A program made the translations under genes and the position numbers. From NCBI GenBank assembly GCA_034722055.1, contig JAYENL010000196.1, positions 1 through 29,766 on the forward strand: 29,766 bases of DNA, in the 5' to 3' direction. Under the pieces are notes generated by a model. It was not told the origin of the DNA. It saw only the letters and a program-made list of their open reading frames with translations, and searched no databases. Position 1 is the stretch's first letter; the number at the start of each line of letters is the position of its first letter. Below are positions 24,289 through 29,766 of the stretch, in pieces. The stretch comes from Armatimonadota bacterium (GTDB lineage: Bacteria; Armatimonadota; Zipacnadia; Zipacnadales; UBA5352).

Positions 24289-27093
24289 TCAGCCAGATAG
24301 AATACGACTTACCCGCTCCGCACACCTGCTACACAGCTCGGGATGCTCCTGGATCATCCCGGTGCTCTCCGCGCGCATCCAGCAGCGCGCGCACTTGTCG
24401 CCCGCCGCCAGCGATGCCTCGGCGTGCATTCCCGACGGCTCGTTGAACTCCTCCTCGGCCTCGGATATGTGATGCAGCTTTACATCCGAGACGATGAACA
24501 GGCTCCACAGGTCCTCCTCCAGGGCTTCCAGCACATCCCGTGCCGCGTCGCTGACGTAAAGGTCCAGCCTGGCCTCCATGGGGTTGGGCACCTCGCCGGA
24601 GTCCTTGGCCTCCTCCAGCGCCGCCGTGGCCACGCCACGCAGCCCCAGGAACTGCCTGTAGCGCTCGGCGAGATCCTCGTCCAGCAGGCTCTCGTCTCCC
24701 TCCGGCCAGTCGGCGAGCTGAACGCTGGCGGGCAGGGCCTCGTCCACCTCCCGCCGCATGTGCTGCCAGGCCTCCTCGGAGGTGAAGGTCAGCACCGGCG
24801 CCATCATCTTCACGATGGCCAGCAGCGTGCGCCACATGGCCGTCTGCGCGGACCGGCGGGCCGGAGAGTCCGCCAGGTCAGTGTAAAGCCGGTCCTTGAG
24901 CACATTGAGGTAGAACGCGCTCAGGTCCTGGTCGCAGAAGGCGTGCAGCTCCCGGTAGACGATGTGCAGGTCCCAGCGCTCGTAGGCGTCCGTGATGGCC
25001 CGGATGCGCCGCTGCAGGCGATCCAGCGCCCAGCGGTCGATCTCGCGCAGCTCGGCCACGGGTAGAGAGTCCTCAGACGGATCGAAGTCCTGAAGGTTCT
25101 GCAGCAGGAACCGCGTGGTGTTGCGGATTCGACGATAGGCGTCGGCCACCTGCTGGAAGATGCTGTCGGACAGCACCATCTTCTGGCGGAAGTCCGCGTA
25201 GGTGAACCACAGCCGCAGCACGTCCGCCCCGTATTGCTCGTAGACCTCCGCGGGGCTGATGATGTTGCCTCTGCTCTTGGACAGCTTCTGGCCGGTTTCG
25301 TCCACGAAGAAGCCGTGGCCGACCACGGTGCGGTAGGGCGCCGGGTCGCCCAGCGCCATGGCCACCCACAGGGAGGTCTGGAACCAGCACTGGTACTGGT
25401 CGTCGCCCTCCAGATACAGGTCGGCGGGGAAGTCCAGCTCCGGGTGGGGCCGCACCACACAGTAGTGCGAGCAGCCCGAGTCCACCCACACCGACATGAT
25501 GTCGGGCTCCTTGCGGAAGTGTGTTCCGTCGCAGCCGTCAGCGGGGCAGGTGGTGTTCTCGGGCAGAAGCTCCTCAGCCTCGCGCTCCCACCACACGTCG
25601 GCGCCGTGCTGGGCCACCAGGTCGCGGAGATGCTCGATGGTCTCGGGCGTGATGAGCGGCTCGCCGCACCTGGTGCAGTAGAAGACCGGGATGGGCACCC
25701 CCCAGGTTCGCTGGCGGGAGATGCACCAGTCGGGCCGGGACTCGATCATCCCGGAGATGCGACTCTCGCCCCACTCGGGGTTCCACTCCACACCTCTCAC
25801 GGCCTTCAGCGCCTTCTCCCGCAGCCTCTCGATGTCCATGAACCACTGTCTGGTGGCGCGGTAGATGACCGGCTGGTGACAGCGCCAGCAGTGGGGGTAC
25901 TCGTGCTCGATCTGGGCTTCGCCGATGAGGGCGCCCCGGCGGCGGAGGATGCCGGTGACGATCTCATTGGACTGGTCGGCGACCTCCCCCGCCAGCTCCT
26001 CGCCGGCCTCGGCGGTGTACCTGCCCAGGTCGTCGAGCGGGCTGACGATGTCCAGGTCGTAGGCCAGCGCGGTCTCATAGTCCTCCAGCCCGTGTCCCGG
26101 GGCGGTGTGCACCGCCCCCGTGCCGTCCTCGACCGTCACGTAGTCGGCCAGGACCACCGGCGACTGGCGGTCGTACATGGGGTGCTTCGTCACCAGCCCC
26201 TCCAGCTCCCCGCCCGTGAAGCGCGCCACGACCTGGTAGCGGGTGATCTGGCACTCCGCCATTGAGCGGTCCAGCAGCTCCTGGGCCAGGATGAAGTGGC
26301 CCCTGGGGGTGTCCACCAGCACATACTCCGCGCTCTCGGACAGCGCGATGGCGGTGTTGCCGGGGATGGTCCACGGAGTGGTGGTCCAGATCAGGAAGCT
26401 CACCGGCTCAGCAGGCGGCTCGTCCATGGGCAGGTGCTGCCTGTCGATGATCTCGAATGCCACGTAGATGGCGGGGGCGGGGCGGGTGGCGTACTCGATC
26501 TCGTCCTCCGCCAGCGCTGTCTCGCAGTGGTAGCACCAGTAGACCGGCCGGAGGGCGCGGTAGAGCAGGCCGGAGAGGGCGATCTTCCCGAAGGCCTTGA
26601 TCTGCCGGGCCTGATACTCGGGGCTCAGCGTCAGGTAGGGGTTGTCCCAGTCCCCCCGCACGCCGATGCGCTTGAACTGCTCCCGCTGAGTGTCCACGTA
26701 GCCCAGCGCCAGCTCCCGGCACAGGCGCCGCCACTGGAGCACGGGGACGTCATGCGGGAAGACGTTCCTCTCGCGCTGCACGCTCTGCTCGGTGGGCAGG
26801 CCCTGGGTGTCCCAGCCGGGGATATAGGGGCAGTCGAAGCCCCGCATGGTCTTGTACTTGATGGTGATGTCCTTGAGGATCTTGTTCAGCGCCTGGCCCA
26901 GGTGGATGTCGCCGTTGGCGTAGGGCGGGCCGTCGTGCAGGATGTAGGTGGGCGCGCCGGCGCGCAGCTCGCGCACCATCCCGTAGATGTCCATCTCCTG
27001 CCACATGCGCAGGATCTGCGGCTCGCGCTCGGCCAGGTTCCCCCGCATGGGGAAGTCGGTTCGGAGCAGGTTCAGCGTGTCCCGATAGTCCAT
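24289..27093 (-). CDS. ileS: Isoleucine--tRNA ligase (type 1, C-terminal zinc finger)
   Basis: MDYRDTLNL, HDGPPYANG, WTTTPWT, GTGAVHTAPGHG, DWCISRQR, KLSKS, KCARCW..LCSRC. Confidence 0.97.
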   Translation of the reverse strand: MDYRDTLNLLRTDFPMRGNLAEREPQILRMWQEMDIYGMVRELRAGAPTYILHDGPPYANGDIHLGQALNKILKDITIKYKTMRGFDCPYIPGWDTQGLPTEQSVQRERNVFPHDVPVLQWRRLCRELALGYVDTQREQFKRIGVRGDWDNPYLTLSPEYQARQIKAFGKIALSGLLYRALRPVYWCYHCETALAEDEIEYATRPAPAIYVAFEIIDRQHLPMDEPPAEPVSFLIWTTTPWTIPGNTAIALSESAEYVLVDTPRGHFILAQELLDRSMAECQITRYQVVARFTGGELEGLVTKHPMYDRQSPVVLADYVTVEDGTGAVHTAPGHGLEDYETALAYDLDIVSPLDDLGRYTAEAGEELAGEVADQSNEIVTGILRRRGALIGEAQIEHEYPHCWRCHQPVIYRATRQWFMDIERLREKALKAVRGVEWNPEWGESRISGMIESRPDWCISRQRTWGVPIPVFYCTRCGEPLITPETIEHLRDLVAQHGADVWWEREAEELLPENTTCPADGCDGTHFRKEPDIMSVWVDSGCSHYCVVRPHPELDFPADLYLEGDDQYQCWFQTSLWVAMALGDPAPYRTVVGHGFFVDETGQKLSKSRGNIISPAEVYEQYGADVLRLWFTYADFRQKMVLSDSIFQQVADAYRRIRNTTRFLLQNLQDFDPSEDSLPVAELREIDRWALDRLQRRIRAITDAYERWDLHIVYRELHAFCDQDLSAFYLNVLKDRLYTDLADSPARRSAQTAMWRTLLAIVKMMAPVLTFTSEEAWQHMRREVDEALPASVQLADWPEGDESLLDEDLAERYRQFLGLRGVATAALEEAKDSGEVPNPMEARLDLYVSDAARDVLEALEEDLWSLFIVSDVKLHHISEAEEEFNEPSGMHAEASLAAGDKCARCWMRAESTGMIQEHPELCSRCAERVSRILSG

Positions 27094-27221
27094 CCTCTGA
27101 TGTCCTCTGGGTGCTGTGGGGCGCAGACGACGTAGTGAAAGAGCCGCCGAGTCTCCGCGCACGGGATGCCCACGGAGACTCCGCGACCGAATGTACCGCC
27201 TATCAGTTGTCCGTCGGAAGT

Positions 27222-27251
27222 ATTGTACCACATTCATTGGATGGCTTTCAA
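27222..27251 (-). promoter_or_regulatory. Extended sigma70 promoter for the ileS operon
   Basis: Minus strand TTGAAA (27251-27246), 18-bp spacer ending in TGG, TACAAT (27227-27222). Confidence 0.82.
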
Positions 27252-27267
27252 CCCCCCGGAGCGTCGC

Positions 27268-27499
27268 TGCAGCATACAGATTCGTGTGCCCAGCGCGAGG
27301 GCCGCGGAGCGGACTGTCGGAATGCCGGTGGTAGTAGGGGAGGGGCCGTTCGCCGTTCGGCGCACGGCCTCGCGATGCTGTCTCGTGGGGTCGCGGGCCG
27401 GCTTCGTCGCGCATAAAGGGCATGCGCTCCTCAGGCGGCCCCTCCGCGGGCATCGGCGGCGTCAGTACAGAGGACAGGCACATGAATCTGGATGCTGCC
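27268..27499 (-). mobile_element. MITE copy 3 (232 bp) with perfect 9-bp TSD GAGCGTCGC
   Basis: Reverse-oriented copy; GAGCGTCGC at 27259-27267 and 27500-27508; 46-bp internal deletion relative to copies 1 and 2. Confidence 0.92.
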
Positions 27500-27695
27500 G
27501 AGCGTCGCGATTCGGGCCCGCGAGGAGGTGTCGCCGAAGGAAGGAGGAACGGCGTCAGGAGCCGTCTGGTGGGGATGGAGCGCTCCGTGAGAGAGCGCCC
27601 GGCGTGAACCTGAGCGTGGGCGGACTGAGCTTCGAAAGCGGGCCAGGGGGGAAGCGGTATGCCCACCACATACCATCCCGAACGGAGGAGAGGGC

Positions 27696-28379
27696 ATGGA
27701 GTACACCATTCGCGGGTCCGTGATGCAGAGCGTGGAGGTCTCGCTCAATGCGGGCGAGGCCGTCTACACCGAGGCCGGGGGGATGGCATGGATGACCGCG
27801 AACATCGACATGGACACCAACATGCGCGGCGGGCTGATGGGGGCGTTGCAGCGCGCGGTCTCCGGGGAGTCCCTGTTCATGACCAGCTACGCCTGCAGCT
27901 CCGGCTCGGGCTTCGTGACCTTCACCACCGAGACGCCCGGCAAGATCGTGCCCACGGAGCTTGCCGGGGGCCAGAGCCTCATCTGTCAGCGGGATGCCTT
28001 CATGGTCGCCCAGGAGAGCGTGGGGCTGGACATGCACCTGCACCGGCGGCTGGGCGCCGGCCTCTTCGGCGGGGAGGGCTTCTTCCTCCAGAGGGTCACG
28101 GGGCCGGGGACGGCGTTCTTTGAGATCGCCGGTGAGACCGTGGAGTACAACCTGGAGGCCGGGGAGGCGCTGAAGGTGGATCCCGGACACGTGGCGCTGA
28201 TGGACCCGACGGTGGACTTCGACATCAGCACGGTGCCGGGGATCCGCAACATCTTCCTGGGCGGTGAGGGGCTGTTCCTGGCGCTGGTGAGCGGACCCGG
28301 GCGAGTGTGGCTGCAGTCGATGCCTCTGCCGAACCTGGCCGTACGGCTGGCGCCGTATCTGCCCGACTCCGGCGACTGA
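27696..28379 (+). CDS. AIM24 / TIGR00266 family protein
   Basis: EAGGMAWM, RAVSGESLF, GLFGGEGFFLQ, KVDPGH, GGEGLFLALVSGPGRVWLQSMP; GGAGGAG RBS. Confidence 0.92.
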   Translation: MEYTIRGSVMQSVEVSLNAGEAVYTEAGGMAWMTANIDMDTNMRGGLMGALQRAVSGESLFMTSYACSSGSGFVTFTTETPGKIVPTELAGGQSLICQRDAFMVAQESVGLDMHLHRRLGAGLFGGEGFFLQRVTGPGTAFFEIAGETVEYNLEAGEALKVDPGHVALMDPTVDFDISTVPGIRNIFLGGEGLFLALVSGPGRVWLQSMPLPNLAVRLAPYLPDSGD

Positions 28380-28496
28380 CCTGCAGCGCGGCAGGCCACG
28401 GCACCGGGCGTACGTGAAACACCTCCGCGAAAGGCATCGGTGTCCCCTGGTCTCGCGGAGGTGGGGTCTCTTGAGCGGTGAAGCCGGGCGTGCCGC

Positions 28497-29513
28497 TCAG
28501 TCGATGTCGCGCTCGATGGCCATCCGCTTGCGGGTCTGCTGCTTGTAGATGTAGCTGGCGTGCTCGGGGACCGGCAGGCCGAGCAGCTCGCTGAGCTCGG
28601 CGACCTTGTAGCCGGCGTGGTGGTTGAGTGCGGAGACGTCCGCGGCCAGGCGCCACTGCTCCAGAGCCTTCTCGTACTGGCCGGCCTCCTCGTAGATGTG
28701 GGCCTTCAGATGCAGCGCCAGGGTGGACTGGGGGTTGACGGTGAGATAGTAGTCGGCCTTCTCGATGGCCTCATCGTACCGCCCCTGTTCCATGAGGCGC
28801 CATGCCGGCATGTAGCGCTCCCGGATGGTCATGGTGGCGCCCTTGGCGGTGTGGTCATTGGGCCTGCGCTTGAGGCAATAGTCGTACCATTCCAGCGCCC
28901 GCTCCATCTCCGGCAGGCGCTCGTAGCCGTGTGCGATGAGCCGCTCGATGTGCTCGGGGTGCTCGAAGCGGGTGGCGGCTTGCAGCCACCTGGCGGCCTC
29001 GTCGTAGTCGCGGATCTTGTCGAAGTAGGTCCAGCCCAGCTCGAAGTAGAGGTCGTAGCGGTCCGGGTTCCAGGAGATACCCTCCTTAAGCGTGTCCACG
29101 GCCGTCTTCAGCAGCCAGGCCCGCTCCTCGGGGTCCTCGGTCTCCACGTAGAGGTTGTAGGCGCAGTGCCAGGCCGTGATCCGCCACGGCTGGAGCCAGT
29201 GCGGATCGAGCATGGTGGTCATGCGCATGAGATAGAGGGCCTCCCAGCGCGTGCCGGCGCCCTTGTGCCACATGGAGTGGGTCTTCATCCACAGCATGGT
29301 TGCGGCGACCTCGCGGAAGCCGCCCAGCATGGCGCCCACAATGACGCCGGTCATGGCCGGGGCATCGTACTGCAGGATCTTCGTCACCTGCGTGGGCCGC
29401 GCGTAACCGCGCACGAGGCGCTCATAATCGAGCTCCTCATAGATCGGCCCCAGCCCCATGAAGAGCGCGATGATGAGGATCCCTACCACTATCTTCTTCG
29501 GTGTATCGCTCAT
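28497..29513 (-). CDS. Membrane-anchored tetratricopeptide-repeat protein
   Basis: N-terminal TM segment; TPR-like units (LYFELGWTYF..YDEAA, ALHLKAHIYEEAGQYEKALEQW). Confidence 0.8.
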   Translation of the reverse strand: MSDTPKKIVVGILIIALFMGLGPIYEELDYERLVRGYARPTQVTKILQYDAPAMTGVIVGAMLGGFREVAATMLWMKTHSMWHKGAGTRWEALYLMRMTTMLDPHWLQPWRITAWHCAYNLYVETEDPEERAWLLKTAVDTLKEGISWNPDRYDLYFELGWTYFDKIRDYDEAARWLQAATRFEHPEHIERLIAHGYERLPEMERALEWYDYCLKRRPNDHTAKGATMTIRERYMPAWRLMEQGRYDEAIEKADYYLTVNPQSTLALHLKAHIYEEAGQYEKALEQWRLAADVSALNHHAGYKVAELSELLGLPVPEHASYIYKQQTRKRMAIERDID

Positions 29514-29629
29514 GAAATCACTCTGTGCTCAGAGCGCGCCCCGGCCGGGCAGCGCCGTCGCGCTTTGCGTAGTGACATCCCTTGTGTGCTCGCCTCCCGC
29601 GGCAGGCCGCCCGGCGTTGGCGCGCCGCG

Positions 29630-29764
29630 CTACACCTCGCGCTGAGAGAAGAACAGGTAGCCCAGCGCCAGGACGATGGTCACGTAGATGGCGCCCATGC
29701 CGATGGTGGTGCCCACGTACTTCCACACGACCGGCACGTCGGTGAGGATGGCCTCCCGGACATC
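29630..29764 (-). CDS. C-terminal fragment of a probable ABC-2 type permease (runs off the window)
   Basis: Hand translation DVREAILTDVPVVWKYVGTTIGMGAIYVTIVLALGYLFFSQREV*: final TM helix plus an F-x-x-R-E end typical of ABC-2 permeases. Confidence 0.65.
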   Translation of the reverse strand, partial: DVREAILTDVPVVWKYVGTTIGMGAIYVTIVLALGYLFFSQREV

Positions 29765-29766
29765 GA

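Noticed and set aside
23274..27093. ileS-dksA/traR-lspA linkage as a novelty
   Set aside because: ileS-lspA synteny, including an intervening TraR/DksA gene, is a familiar arrangement in other phyla.
27100..27215. Possible T-box riboswitch in the ileS leader (AGGCGGTAC at 27193-27201; hairpin GAGTCTCCG/CGGAGACTC at 27149-27181)
   Set aside because: The motif lacks the UGGN bulge consensus and lies too close to the predicted TSS to leave room for Stem I. The hairpin is real but has no good U-tract, so no function is assigned.
27094..27669. 192-aa N-terminal extension of IleRS in the ORF track
   Set aside because: Spans MITE copy 3 and the promoter; IleRS homology begins at MDYRDTLNL (27093).

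Overview
High-GC (roughly 70%) bacterial chromosomal window, mostly housekeeping genes. The host is an LPS-producing diderm, possibly Armatimonadota (inference only). Gene content: a Gfo/Idh/MocA oxidoreductase, a secreted LTxxQ-motif protein, an unusual membrane-fusion-protein (HlyD-like) + CHAP-like fusion, yebC, a creatininase-family protein, an Old Yellow Enzyme-GltD/NfnB-like fusion, a sugar ABC ATPase, a GH26-like hydrolase, a lipid A operon (fabZ-lpxA-lpxB-methyltransferase-msbA-waaA-lpxK-lpxL), an ileS-dksA/traR-lspA-lgt operon, an AIM24-family protein, a TPR protein and a partial ABC permease. The strongest signal is non-coding. Three copies of a 232-276 bp MITE (23-bp imperfect terminal inverted repeats, 9-bp target duplications) each sit 16-17 bp upstream of the -35 box of a near-consensus extended sigma70 promoter (yebC, fabZ-lpx, ileS). 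This points to a promoter-targeting non-autonomous element. Intergenic regions also hold several REP-like hairpin families arranged in composite units, plus short heptamer arrays. No transposase, rRNA, tRNA or CRISPR array was seen.
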